The notes under the pieces were generated by a model, which was not told the DNA's origin, made no database searches, and saw only the letters and a program-made list of their open reading frames with translations. A stretch of DNA of 64,000 nucleotides from Alphaproteobacteria bacterium (GTDB taxonomy: Bacteria; Pseudomonadota; Alphaproteobacteria; Rs-D84), in NCBI GenBank assembly GCA_017528045.1, contig JAFXPG010000014.1, positions 2,252 to 66,251 of the forward strand, in the 5' to 3' direction. This document shows positions 54,942 through 64,000 of this stretch, piece after piece. Each line of letters starts with the position of its first letter. The first letter of the stretch is position 1. Made by a program: the position numbers and the translations under genes.

Positions 54942-56510
54942 ATGTCTAGATATATTTTTGTAACCGGTGGGGTTGTTTCAAGTTTAGGTAAGGGCGTTTC
55001 AGCAGCATCGTTGGGCGCCCTTCTTCAATCACGTGGATATACAGTCCACAGTCGTAAATTCGATCCATATTTAAATATAGATCCTGGTACTATGTCACCT
55101 TTGCAGCATGGTGAAGTTTATGTTACAAATGATGGACATGAAACAGATTTAGATTTGGGATATTATGAAAGATTTTTGGGCATAAAATTGTCCAGAAATG
55201 ATTCTGTATCTGGTGGAAGAATTTATTGGGATGTTTTGAATGCAGAAAGACATGGTGATTATTTGGGAACTACTGTTCAAATGATTCCACATGTTTCAAA
55301 CAAAATTAAAGAATATATTGGTGCACCCACTGGAACAGATTTTGTAATTTGTGAAATTGGTGGGACAGTTGGGGATATAGAACAAAAAATATTTTTAGAA
55401 TCTATTCGTCAATTTGCGAATGATGTTGGTCGCAGAAATGTTATGTTTGTTCATTTGGCTTTGGCTCCATATTTGGAACAAAGTGGTGAACTAAAAACAA
55501 AACCAACACAAATGTCTGTTCGAAGATTATTAGAAAATGGTATCCAGGCAGATATGTTATTTGTTCGTTCGCCAAGAATGTTAACCAGTGATGAACGTGC
55601 AAAGATAGGTATGTTTTGTAATTTGCCTGCTAAAAATGTTATCACCAGTATGAATGTTGATAATATTTACAAAATACCATTGGTATATGATTCTCAACAT
55701 GTTTTTGATATTATGGCAGAACATTTTGGTTTGCCGAATGCAACTGGAGATATGTCTAAATTTAAAAAGATAGAACATTATTTAGATAATGATTTACCAA
55801 CATGTACTGTTGGTGTTGTCGGAAAATATTTTGATGTTGCAGATGCTTATAAATCTTTGAATGAAGCATTATTCCATGCAGGTGTTCAAAATAATGTACA
55901 TATTAACATCAAAAAAATAAATGCAGAAAATTTTAATCCAGAAGATTGCAGTGATGTTGATTGTATTTTAATTCCTGGTGGTTTTGGAACACGTGGTGTA
56001 GAAGGTAAAATTGCGGCTGTTACATATGCACGTGAAAATAATATTCCTTTTATGGGGATATGTTTGGGAATGCAAGTTGCAGTCATAGAATTTATGCGTA
56101 ATGTTGTTGGTGATAAAAATGCTGGGTCAATAGAATTTTCTAAAAATTGTACATCGGTGATAGATATTATGTCTGATTGTGATAAAGATAATATGGGTGG
56201 AACTTTACGTTTAGGTGCTTATCCATGTAATATCAAACCTGGTACATTGGCAGAAAAAATTTATGGTTCAACAAATATATCTGAACGTCATCGACACAGA
56301 TATGAAGTTAATATTAAATATAAAGATGAATTGGAAAAAGCGGGTATGATAATATCTGGAATTTCACCAGATGGAAAATTGCCGGAAATTATTGAAATAC
56401 CTTCGCATAAGTTTTTTATAGCAGGTCAATTTCATCCGGAATTTCAAAGTAATCCGTATGAAGGCCATCCAATGTTCAATGCTTTCATAGCGGCAGCAAA
56501 AAGAAAGTAA
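54942..56510 (+). CDS. pyrG: CTP synthase
   Basis: IFVTGGVVSSLGKG, GICLGMQ and the HRHRYEVN glutaminase motif. Confidence 0.97.
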   Translation: MSRYIFVTGGVVSSLGKGVSAASLGALLQSRGYTVHSRKFDPYLNIDPGTMSPLQHGEVYVTNDGHETDLDLGYYERFLGIKLSRNDSVSGGRIYWDVLNAERHGDYLGTTVQMIPHVSNKIKEYIGAPTGTDFVICEIGGTVGDIEQKIFLESIRQFANDVGRRNVMFVHLALAPYLEQSGELKTKPTQMSVRRLLENGIQADMLFVRSPRMLTSDERAKIGMFCNLPAKNVITSMNVDNIYKIPLVYDSQHVFDIMAEHFGLPNATGDMSKFKKIEHYLDNDLPTCTVGVVGKYFDVADAYKSLNEALFHAGVQNNVHINIKKINAENFNPEDCSDVDCILIPGGFGTRGVEGKIAAVTYARENNIPFMGICLGMQVAVIEFMRNVVGDKNAGSIEFSKNCTSVIDIMSDCDKDNMGGTLRLGAYPCNIKPGTLAEKIYGSTNISERHRHRYEVNIKYKDELEKAGMIISGISPDGKLPEIIEIPSHKFFIAGQFHPEFQSNPYEGHPMFNAFIAAAKRK

Positions 56511-56516
56511 AAAAAA

Positions 56517-56542
56517 GTCCCGATTAAATTCGGGACTTTTTT
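56517..56542 (+). terminator. Rho-independent terminator after pyrG
   Basis: GTCCCGattaaattCGGGACtttttt. Confidence 0.75.
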
Positions 56543-56643
56543 ATTTTAATTCATATAGTGTTGGTTACATAATACGTATTTTCAAACGTTCTGTTTTAAG
56601 GTTTTTCTTAAATAATTCAAAAACTTTTCCTTTATGTACCTTT

Positions 56644-56958
56644 TTATTTACCAAAAATAAAATCTGGATTTGATGATATTGCAATTATAGTATCGATATC
56701 ATCATCTGGTGCAGAATGTTGTTTAATTGTTTTTCCACATTTTTCACATTTATGTGTGATTATGTATCCATCTTTATCCGGGGAGACCGCGATTGGACGC
56801 ATCATGCCACCACAATCGGACATTCTGTCGCCGGGGTTGTTATCTACATGGCAAGACCATAAACATTTTGGACAATGGTTTGTATATCCATTGCCGTTTA
56901 CAAATGCGCCACAATGGGCGCATGTAAAATTCTCAACACGTTTAACAAATGTTTTCAT
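56644..56958 (-). CDS. RNHCP domain-containing zinc-ribbon protein
   Basis: FTCAHCGAFV....YTNHCPKCLWSCHVD...CGG.M and CEKCG. Confidence 0.7.
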   Translation of the reverse strand: MKTFVKRVENFTCAHCGAFVNGNGYTNHCPKCLWSCHVDNNPGDRMSDCGGMMRPIAVSPDKDGYIITHKCEKCGKTIKQHSAPDDDIDTIIAISSNPDFIFGK

Positions 56959-57206
56959 TATAAACCCAACGCATCACGATACATTTTTGTTAATTCGTCT
57001 GCTTCGTCTAATTCATCTGGATCTAATTTACGTAATCTTATCATTTGACGAATGTATTTTGGATCGTATCCTGCAGATTTGGCTTCACTGTAAACTTCTT
57101 TGATATCTGCTGCGATAGCGGCTGTATCTTCGTTTAATTTTTCAATTCTTTCGATAATGCTGATTAATTGTGTGTTATCAATTGCACCATGGTTTGCGTT
57201 TTTCAT
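56958..57206 (-). CDS. gapR: DUF2312/GapR-family DNA-binding protein (alphaproteobacterial hallmark)
   Basis: LISIIERIEKLNEDTAAIAADIKEVYSEAKSAGYDPKYIRQMIRLRKLDPDELDEADELTKMYRDALGL. Confidence 0.8.
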   Translation of the reverse strand: MKNANHGAIDNTQLISIIERIEKLNEDTAAIAADIKEVYSEAKSAGYDPKYIRQMIRLRKLDPDELDEADELTKMYRDALGL

Positions 57207-57302
57207 GACCTTCCTCTTGTTTTTTTATGTATTTTATATAAACTATATGATATATTAACAATTGCAAAAATCAAATAATTTTATATAGAAAAGAGAGAGA
57301 AT

Positions 57303-58673
57303 ATGACAAGATTTACCAAGATTACTGCGTCCATAGGTCCAAATTGTGAAACAGAAGAAGTTTTAACCAGAATGATTAAATCTGGGGTTAATTTATGCCG
57401 TCTGAATTTTAGTCATGATACAGGCGATGTTCAAGGTGCTAAAATTGATATGATACGTTCTGTGTCTGAAAAATTAAATATACCTGTTGGTATTATTGTT
57501 GATATTCAAGGTCCAAAGCACAGAATTGGTAATTTTGAAACAGAAAATCATTATCCATTAAAAATTGGTCAAAAATTTATATTAGATTCAGATCCAACAC
57601 CAGGAAATGAAAATCGTGTTCATTTGCCAGATGTTGATGTTATGAAATCACTTAATGTTGGTGACAGGGTTTTGCTGAATGATGGAAAAATAGAATTAAA
57701 AGTTGATGCTGTATTTGATGATAAAATAGAAACAACAGTTGTTCGTGGTGATGAAATTTGGTCAAGACGTGGTTTTAATTTACCTGATACAGAAATAAAT
57801 ACAGAAATTTTAACACCTAAAGATAAAGCTGATTTGGAATATGCTTTAACAAAAAAGCCAGATTGGATTGCTCTTTCTTTTGTACAACGTGCAGAAGATA
57901 TAGCTTATGTTCGTGATTTTATAAATGAAAGAACATCTTATCCGGTAAAAATTATTGCAAAAATAGAACGTCCAAATGCAGTAGAAAGAATAACAGATAT
58001 AGCAATTGCTGCAGATGCAATTATGATTGCACGTGGTGATTTGGCTGTTGAATTACCATTTGAAATGGTGCCAGCTGTATCTCGTCATATTATACGTGAA
58101 TGCAGAAAATTAAATCGTCCCGTTATAATGGCTACACAGATGTTGTCTTCTATGGTGCATTCTGAATTTCCAACACGTGCAGAAATATCTGACGTTGCAA
58201 ATGCTGCGTATTTAAGAACTGATTCTACGATGACTTCTGAAGAAACAACGATAGGTGATAATCCTGTTAATGTTATAAATACAATGAATAAAATCTTAGA
58301 TTATTCAGATACAGATGCGATAGCTAATCCATACGATTGGTCTCGTGTAGATAATGTTCCAGAAAATGACTGGTCAAGATCTGTTTCTTCTATGGCTTAT
58401 CTGAACAAGGCCGTAGCAATAGTTGTTTTTGCTCGTGATACGGAAATAGCTATGCAAATATCTTGCCGTCGTCCAGATATTCCAATCATAGCAGTATGCA
58501 GCGAAAATGTTATTGCTAATCAATTATGTTTATCACGTGGAATATTCCCAATTTGTGATCCTTATTTGTTTGGCCAAAGAGATGCCTTTAATGCAGTGCG
58601 TCAATTTGGTATAGGAACAGGTAAATTGGTAATAGTTGATGATGATAAAATCAGTTTAAGAACATTAGATTAA
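57303..58673 (+). CDS. pyk: Pyruvate kinase
   Basis: TKITASIGP, NLCRLNFSHD, IIAKIE, IMIARGDL.VE and ATQML.SM motifs. Confidence 0.93.
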   Translation: MTRFTKITASIGPNCETEEVLTRMIKSGVNLCRLNFSHDTGDVQGAKIDMIRSVSEKLNIPVGIIVDIQGPKHRIGNFETENHYPLKIGQKFILDSDPTPGNENRVHLPDVDVMKSLNVGDRVLLNDGKIELKVDAVFDDKIETTVVRGDEIWSRRGFNLPDTEINTEILTPKDKADLEYALTKKPDWIALSFVQRAEDIAYVRDFINERTSYPVKIIAKIERPNAVERITDIAIAADAIMIARGDLAVELPFEMVPAVSRHIIRECRKLNRPVIMATQMLSSMVHSEFPTRAEISDVANAAYLRTDSTMTSEETTIGDNPVNVINTMNKILDYSDTDAIANPYDWSRVDNVPENDWSRSVSSMAYLNKAVAIVVFARDTEIAMQISCRRPDIPIIAVCSENVIANQLCLSRGIFPICDPYLFGQRDAFNAVRQFGIGTGKLVIVDDDKISLRTLD

Positions 58674-58700
58674 AAAAATGGGTTTCAAACCCATTTTTTT
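58672..58700. terminator. Bidirectional rho-independent terminator
   Basis: aaaaaaATGGGTTtcaAACCCATttttttt. Confidence 0.7.
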
Positions 58701-59142
58701 ATCTGGTTTTATATATTTGTTGTTGATTGTGTTTTATATTTTTTTTCAAATCAATAATTACAGGAATCAAAAATACAGCAGAAATTAAAAGCGGTCCAAA
58801 GAACAATTTTGAATTACCGTTAAGTGTTTGATATAAAAATGTCAACGTTCCATTTCCGATCAATCCAGATTGAATAGATGATGGAATAAGATTTTTATAA
58901 TTTTTAATTTTGTATTTTTTTATAATATCTGCGTTTAAGGCTTTTTGATCTTTTAAGCTGTTATAAAATTCATACATAATGGCAGCTGGTAGAAATGTTA
59001 ATAAAAAATTTTGAAAATTTGGATTTGCTATTAAAAAAGGCATGTCGTACAACAAACACCAAAAACAAGCCCCGATACCAGCGCCTTTTATAAGAATTTT
59101 ATTATTTAAATTATTATTTATTTCTTCTTTGTTCATGTACAC
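58699..59142 (-). CDS. Hypothetical membrane protein
   Basis: 147 aa with 3-4 hydrophobic segments. Confidence 0.5.
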   Translation of the reverse strand: MYMNKEEINNNLNNKILIKGAGIGACFWCLLYDMPFLIANPNFQNFLLTFLPAAIMYEFYNSLKDQKALNADIIKKYKIKNYKNLIPSSIQSGLIGNGTLTFLYQTLNGNSKLFFGPLLISAVFLIPVIIDLKKNIKHNQQQIYKTR

Positions 59143-59230
59143 ACAATACTACAAAAAATAAAATTGTCAATTTTAATTATGTATTTTTATGTTGACCCAA
59201 ATACAGTATTTTTACTATCATTTTTTTATT

Positions 59231-60370
59231 ATGAAGAGAGTATTTTTATCATTTATTTGTTTGTTTGGTTTTGTTTTTAATTCGGTTAATGCTGAAGATT
59301 ATAAAGCTGTGTTGGTTGCAGATATTGATTCTGGACAAATTTTATATCAAGAAAAGGCTAATCAATTAAATTATCCGGCATCTTTAACAAAGATAATGAC
59401 TTTGTATTTAACTTTTGATGCGCTGGAACACAATAGATTAAAATTAGATGATTACTTGATAGTATCTCAATATGCAGCAGATGCTCAACCTGTGAAATTA
59501 GGGTTAACTGCGGGCAGTAAAATAAAAGTAGAAGATGCAATTAAAGCAGTTGCGGTACATTCTGCAAATGATGTAGCACGTGTATTGGCGGAAAATTTAC
59601 AAGGTGGAAAAGAAGGTAATTTTGCAAATTTAATGACACGTGTAGCAAATGAAATAGGTTTACAAAATACAAATTTTGAAAATTCTTCTGGTTTACCGAA
59701 TGATGATCATATGTCTACAGCACGTGATATAGCGTTGCTTTCTATGGCTGTATATAAACATTTTCCACAATATTGGAAATATTTTGGGATAAAATCTTGG
59801 ACATACAATGGTAAAACTTATACTAATGGTAATCGTTTACTAGGAACATATCCTGGTTGTGATGGTATGAAAACAGGTTTTACAAATAAATCTAAATATT
59901 CATTGGTTGCAACAGCAAAACGTAATAATCATCATTTGATAGCTGTTGTTTTGGGGGCGGTAAATAAAGATGTTCGTGCAAATGTAGCAACGAAAATGTT
60001 GAATTTGGGTTTCAGTAAAATTGGAAATAAGGGTGTTTCACAAGAAAATGTTGTCAAAGATACTTATGTTGCACCGAATAACAATAATCCTGTGGTTAAA
60101 TATGTACAGCCAACTGTTGAAAAGACAGAAAATTTCAATACAAAATATTCTGCTGGAAATGTTGGTTTACAATGTGGTGCTTTTTCTGTGCAAGAAGCAG
60201 CATTAAAACAAATCAAGAATGTAAAAAGTGCAACTGGTTTAAATTTTGTTATTGAACAAAATGATTCAGGGTTATATCGTGTTCGTGTTAATGGTTTATC
60301 TGAATCTGGGGCTGCAGATGCTAAACAAGCTGCAGTTGCAAAAGGAATAGATTGTTATATATTTCATTAG
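59231..60370 (+). CDS. D-alanyl-D-alanine carboxypeptidase (S11, PBP5-like) with a C-terminal SPOR domain
   Basis: SLTKIMT (SxxK), HSAND (SxN) and KTGFT (KTG). C-terminal VGLQCGAFSVQEAA...YRVRVNGLSESGAADAKQ is SPOR-like. ATG at 59231. Confidence 0.85.
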   Translation: MKRVFLSFICLFGFVFNSVNAEDYKAVLVADIDSGQILYQEKANQLNYPASLTKIMTLYLTFDALEHNRLKLDDYLIVSQYAADAQPVKLGLTAGSKIKVEDAIKAVAVHSANDVARVLAENLQGGKEGNFANLMTRVANEIGLQNTNFENSSGLPNDDHMSTARDIALLSMAVYKHFPQYWKYFGIKSWTYNGKTYTNGNRLLGTYPGCDGMKTGFTNKSKYSLVATAKRNNHHLIAVVLGAVNKDVRANVATKMLNLGFSKIGNKGVSQENVVKDTYVAPNNNNPVVKYVQPTVEKTENFNTKYSAGNVGLQCGAFSVQEAALKQIKNVKSATGLNFVIEQNDSGLYRVRVNGLSESGAADAKQAAVAKGIDCYIFH

Positions 60371-60381
60371 AGAAGTAAAAT

Positions 60382-60972
60382 ATGAATATAAAAATAGAAA
60401 AACTTGTTAAACAATTTGCTAAATTGCCACGTGTTGGAAACAGGGCCGCAACTCGTATAGTTATTGATTTGTTACAAGATAAAACCGGACGAGCAGAAAA
60501 TTTAGCAAATACATTATTAGATGTTTCAAAATCAGTACATCCTTGTCCAAATTGTGGTGTCTTAACAGATTGTGAAATTTGTGAATATTGTTCTGATCCT
60601 GCACGTAAGAACGGTCAATTATGTATAGTTCGTGATTTGTCTGATGTTTTAGTTCTAGAAAAATCAGGTGTTTTTCATGGATGTTATCATGTTTTGGGTG
60701 GAAATTTATCTGGGGTTTCGGGAATTACTCCTGACGATTTGAATATAGCAAACATTAAAGACAGAATACAAAATGAAAATATATCTGAAATTATTTTTGC
60801 TTTACCAAATACAGTAGAAGGTAAAACAACACAACAATATATAATTGCATCAATAGGTGATACAAATATATCTTTTTCTGAATTAGCATCAGGTGTTCCT
60901 TTGGGTGGTGATTTAGATTATATTGATGATGGAACTTTGACTTTGGCTTTTGGGGGACGTAAAAAATTATGA
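60382..60972 (+). CDS. recR: Recombination protein RecR
   Basis: LPRVGNRAATR HhH, Cys4 zinc finger (CPNCG....CEYC) and Toprim (LCIVRD). Confidence 0.93.
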   Translation: MNIKIEKLVKQFAKLPRVGNRAATRIVIDLLQDKTGRAENLANTLLDVSKSVHPCPNCGVLTDCEICEYCSDPARKNGQLCIVRDLSDVLVLEKSGVFHGCYHVLGGNLSGVSGITPDDLNIANIKDRIQNENISEIIFALPNTVEGKTTQQYIIASIGDTNISFSELASGVPLGGDLDYIDDGTLTLAFGGRKKL

Positions 60973-61802
60973 TTGATAAAATTATAAATTTACCGCCTGT
61001 ATCAGAAATGATGCGTGAATCAGGTTTGGAACCTAAAAAACAATATGGTCAAAATTTTTTGTTCGATTTAAATTTAACCAGTAAAATTGCAAAATCTGTT
61101 CCTGATATTAAAAATACAATTGTTGTAGAAATTGGACCAGGACCTGGTGGTTTAACTCGTGCCATTTTAATGGCCGGTGCAAAACATGTAATTGCAATTG
61201 AAAAAGATAAAACAACAGGAAATATTTTATCAAAAATTGTTGAAGCATCGGATGGCAAATTAGATGTTATTTTTGGAGATGCTTTAAAAATTAATTTAAA
61301 TGATTTAGATAAAGAAGGTTATGCAGTTTGTTCAAATTTACCGTATAATGTTGGTACAGAATTATTAATAGGTTGGTTACATAAAATTGCAGATGGTGCA
61401 AATATTAAATCTTTGACTTTAATGTTCCAAAAAGAAGTTGCAATGCGTATTGTTGCAAAAGAAAAAGATTCTCAATATGGCAGATTATCAGTGTTATCTA
61501 ATTTAATAGCAGATACAAAAATTTTATTTGATGTTCCAAATACAGCTTTTGTTCCTCGTCCAAAAGTTCAATCTGCAGTTGTTCAAATTATTCCTAATAA
61601 AAATAAAATTGATAAAATAAAAGATATTACAAAATTGGAAAAATTAACCGCAAAATTATTTGGACAAAGAAGAAAAATGATACGTGGTATTATTAAAACT
61701 GATTGGGAAAAATTTGGGTTGTCTGGGACAGAAAGGGCAGAAGAATTGAATCCTGAATTATTTTTAAAAATATCAAGCATTATAGATAGAAATTTGTTAT
61801 AA
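60969..61802 (+). CDS. rsmA: 16S rRNA (adenine1518/1519-N6)-dimethyltransferase
   Basis: KKQYGQNFLFD, VVEIGPGPGGLT and NLPYNVGT motifs. Confidence 0.92.
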   Translation: MIDKIINLPPVSEMMRESGLEPKKQYGQNFLFDLNLTSKIAKSVPDIKNTIVVEIGPGPGGLTRAILMAGAKHVIAIEKDKTTGNILSKIVEASDGKLDVIFGDALKINLNDLDKEGYAVCSNLPYNVGTELLIGWLHKIADGANIKSLTLMFQKEVAMRIVAKEKDSQYGRLSVLSNLIADTKILFDVPNTAFVPRPKVQSAVVQIIPNKNKIDKIKDITKLEKLTAKLFGQRRKMIRGIIKTDWEKFGLSGTERAEELNPELFLKISSIIDRNLL

Positions 61803-61827
61803 TATGAGTATTTAATGGAGAGAGAAA

Positions 61828-63531
61828 ATGTCTGTATCAACGTTAGTATTTTTTGCCATAGCTTTTGTTGCTGTGTTTTTTATGCGATTGGCACGTATGG
61901 GAACTTTGCTGGCTTTTTTATTAACAGGTATTTTAGCAGGACATCATGTTTTTGGTTTGTTTGAATTGTCTGGTACTTGGAATTTCCTTGGTGATTTAGG
62001 AATTATGTTTTTATGGTTTAACATTGGTTTACAAATTAATATGCAAAGATTATGGCAATTAAGAAGAACTATTTTTGGGCTTGGTGCTTCACAAGTTTTA
62101 ATGGTTGCTGTTATGCTGTTCCCTATTTTAATAGGAATCACATCTTGGACAATGATGGGAACCATAATGATTTCTTTGATTTTAGCAATGTCCAGTACTT
62201 CTGAAGATTTACAAATTTTAATAGATAAAAATCAATTACAAACAAATATGGGACGTCAAACATTTTCTATTTTGTTGTTCCAAGATTTATTATCAATTCC
62301 TTTATTGGCTATGTTACCTATTATGACTGGTAAATCCATAAATTTAGGTGCATCAGCTATTGATATTTTAGTGATGTCTGTAGGTTTAATTTTGGGTGTA
62401 ATTATTGTTTCTAAATTTTTAATTAACCCTTTGATGAGATTGGTTTCCAGATTACAGTCTCAAGAAGTATTTGTTTTAGCGATAATGGTGAATATCGCAA
62501 TATGGGCAGTGTTATTGAATTTAATGGGGTTACCACCAGCACTGGGTGCTTTCTTAGCTGGTATGTTAATGTCAGAAACAGTTTACAGACATCAAGTTAA
62601 TGCTGTTATAGAACCTTACGCAACTTTATTCTTGGCATTCTTTTTCATAGTATTGGGGATGGGAATAAATTTACCTTTCTTAGGACAACATTGGTTCGAA
62701 ATTTTAATTAGTGTTATAGGTTTAGTTTGTATCAAATTTTTTGCTTTATATATCGTTGCACGTGTTCGTCATGTGTCCGGTCGCGAAGCAACATTAATGT
62801 CTATTATCTTAGCACAAGGTGGTGAATTTGGTTTGTTAATTTTACAGACTATGAAGATAAATAAAATCGAAGCTATTCCGGCAGAACATCAAGAATTATT
62901 GATTGCCATCATAATCGTGTCTATTATGGTGACACCTATATTGTTATTGATACATGATCAATTATTAAAAGCAGGTATAATTTTCAATGGCGCAAAAGAT
63001 AAAAAATTATCTCAACCAGTTGAAGAAAATACTCCTGATGTAATTATTTGTGGTTTTGGACGTATGGGACAAATTGTTGCACAAATGTTAGAATCAGAAA
63101 ATATATCTTATGTTGCAATAGATGCAAATGTTGATGAAGTTGTTATGGGGCGTGAAAGTGGTTATAATGTTATTTATGGTGAATCCAGAAAGAAATCTAT
63201 ATTATTATCAGCTGGTTTTAAAAACAGAAAAACAAAAGCTGTTGTTATTTCATTGAATGATGAAAGTGTTGCACGAGATATTGTTCATACAATACATGGT
63301 ATTGCGCCAAAGATGAAAATATTTGCACGTGCTCATAATTTAAAATCTTCAAAAGAATTAATTGGTATGGGGGTAAAAGCGGCAACACCTGAAATCATAG
63401 AATCTTCATTTACATTGGGTGCAAATGTTATGGAAAATATGGGGATATCTAAAAACAAAATTAATAATTTGCTTTCTGATTTACGTGCAGATGGTTATGC
63501 CAATGTTAAAAAACCTGTGAATGTAAAATAG
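61828..63531 (+). CDS. Monovalent cation:proton antiporter-2 (Kef-type) with a C-terminal TrkA-N/RCK domain
   Basis: About 12 TM Na_H-exchanger core, then VIICGFGRMGQIVAQML (Rossmann GxGxxG). Confidence 0.85.
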   Translation: MSVSTLVFFAIAFVAVFFMRLARMGTLLAFLLTGILAGHHVFGLFELSGTWNFLGDLGIMFLWFNIGLQINMQRLWQLRRTIFGLGASQVLMVAVMLFPILIGITSWTMMGTIMISLILAMSSTSEDLQILIDKNQLQTNMGRQTFSILLFQDLLSIPLLAMLPIMTGKSINLGASAIDILVMSVGLILGVIIVSKFLINPLMRLVSRLQSQEVFVLAIMVNIAIWAVLLNLMGLPPALGAFLAGMLMSETVYRHQVNAVIEPYATLFLAFFFIVLGMGINLPFLGQHWFEILISVIGLVCIKFFALYIVARVRHVSGREATLMSIILAQGGEFGLLILQTMKINKIEAIPAEHQELLIAIIIVSIMVTPILLLIHDQLLKAGIIFNGAKDKKLSQPVEENTPDVIICGFGRMGQIVAQMLESENISYVAIDANVDEVVMGRESGYNVIYGESRKKSILLSAGFKNRKTKAVVISLNDESVARDIVHTIHGIAPKMKIFARAHNLKSSKELIGMGVKAATPEIIESSFTLGANVMENMGISKNKINNLLSDLRADGYANVKKPVNVK

Positions 63532-63592
63532 GTATATTATATTTGATTTTGCAACATCTAATTGCTATATTTCTTAAATAAGAAGGAAAAAA

Positions 63593-64000
63593 ATGAAAAA
63601 ATTCTTGAAGTATATAGCAATTATTGTTGCGGTATTTTTATTAGATTTTGTTTCTAAAGCTGGATTGTTAAGTTTTTTAGCTGCTAAATATGGTAGTATG
63701 GTTTTTGATCCAAATACCATTTGTGCAAAATGTAACATAGAAGGTATTTTTATTCCATGGCAGTATATAATAGGTTCTGATTATGGCTTATCAAATCTAT
63801 TTAATATACAATTTGTATGGAATAGTGGTGTTTCTTTTTCTGCTTTAAATGGTGTTATGCCTGTGATATTAAGTTGTTTAACTTCGATTATAATTGCTTA
63901 TTTAATATATTATTTATTTAAAAAATCTTTAACATATGAAAGATTTGCTTTGGCAATGATAATTGGTGGCGCTTTGGGTAATTTGACAGACAGAATTCGT
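63593..64000 (+). CDS. lspA: Lipoprotein signal peptidase II (5' part; runs off the window end)
   Basis: ATG at 63593 after aaggaaaaaa. FVWNSGVSFS and IIGGALGNLTDRI motifs. Open to the end of the window. Confidence 0.85.
   Translation, partial: MKKFLKYIAIIVAVFLLDFVSKAGLLSFLAAKYGSMVFDPNTICAKCNIEGIFIPWQYIIGSDYGLSNLFNIQFVWNSGVSFSALNGVMPVILSCLTSIIIAYLIYYLFKKSLTYERFALAMIIGGALGNLTDRIR

Overview
This is a 64-kb window from a very AT-rich bacterial chromosome with standard genetic code. It is probably an uncultured or host-associated alphaproteobacterium. The evidence is a GapR/DUF2312 protein, an alphaproteobacterial-type MerR (YWEKQF), a COG3926/GH108 'secretion activator' domain, and rubredoxin, which hints at an anaerobic lifestyle.

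Housekeeping genes frame the window:
- rpmH and gyrA on the left
- folD in the middle
- rmuC, def-fmt-truA, comEC, pyrG, pyk, a PBP5-type carboxypeptidase, recR, rsmA, a Kef-type antiporter and lspA on the right

Three tRNAs are present, all on the minus strand: Glu-CUC, Gln-UUG and Asn-GUU. A MarR-TolC-adaptor-RND efflux operon is also present.

Two accessory regions stand out.

(1) About 5.2-17.8 kb:
- a secreted two-gene cassette, made of a Gly/Ala/Thr-rich Cys4 protein plus a GH108 muramidase-tipped protein
- a glycan/LOS-type cluster with a GT8 glycosyltransferase, a methyltransferase, HAD and HD enzymes
- three paralogous kinase-like genes, one of which carries a poly-A/T tract that truncates its conserved C-terminus

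(2) About 35.9-49.6 kb:
- a visibly GC-richer short MetK-family gene with a structured leader
- tRNA-Asn followed by a 5.7-kb integrase-less island. The island is bounded by a 43-bp direct repeat of the 5' half of the tRNA, has phased GTGTAAA iterons and an inverted-repeat pair at its ends, and carries candidate conflict genes: a Zn-ribbon x6 / PD-(D/E)XK protein, an Abi-alpha-like protein, and an unknown protein coupled to DUF488
- a NUDIX-ASCH fusion, a small serine recombinase, and a second copy of the secreted cassette with a 1083-aa payload

A 1654-aa protein that fuses an M48-type peptidase motif to a UbiB/ABC1 kinase domain is another outlier.

All family assignments are by-eye motif recognition. 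No database search was run.
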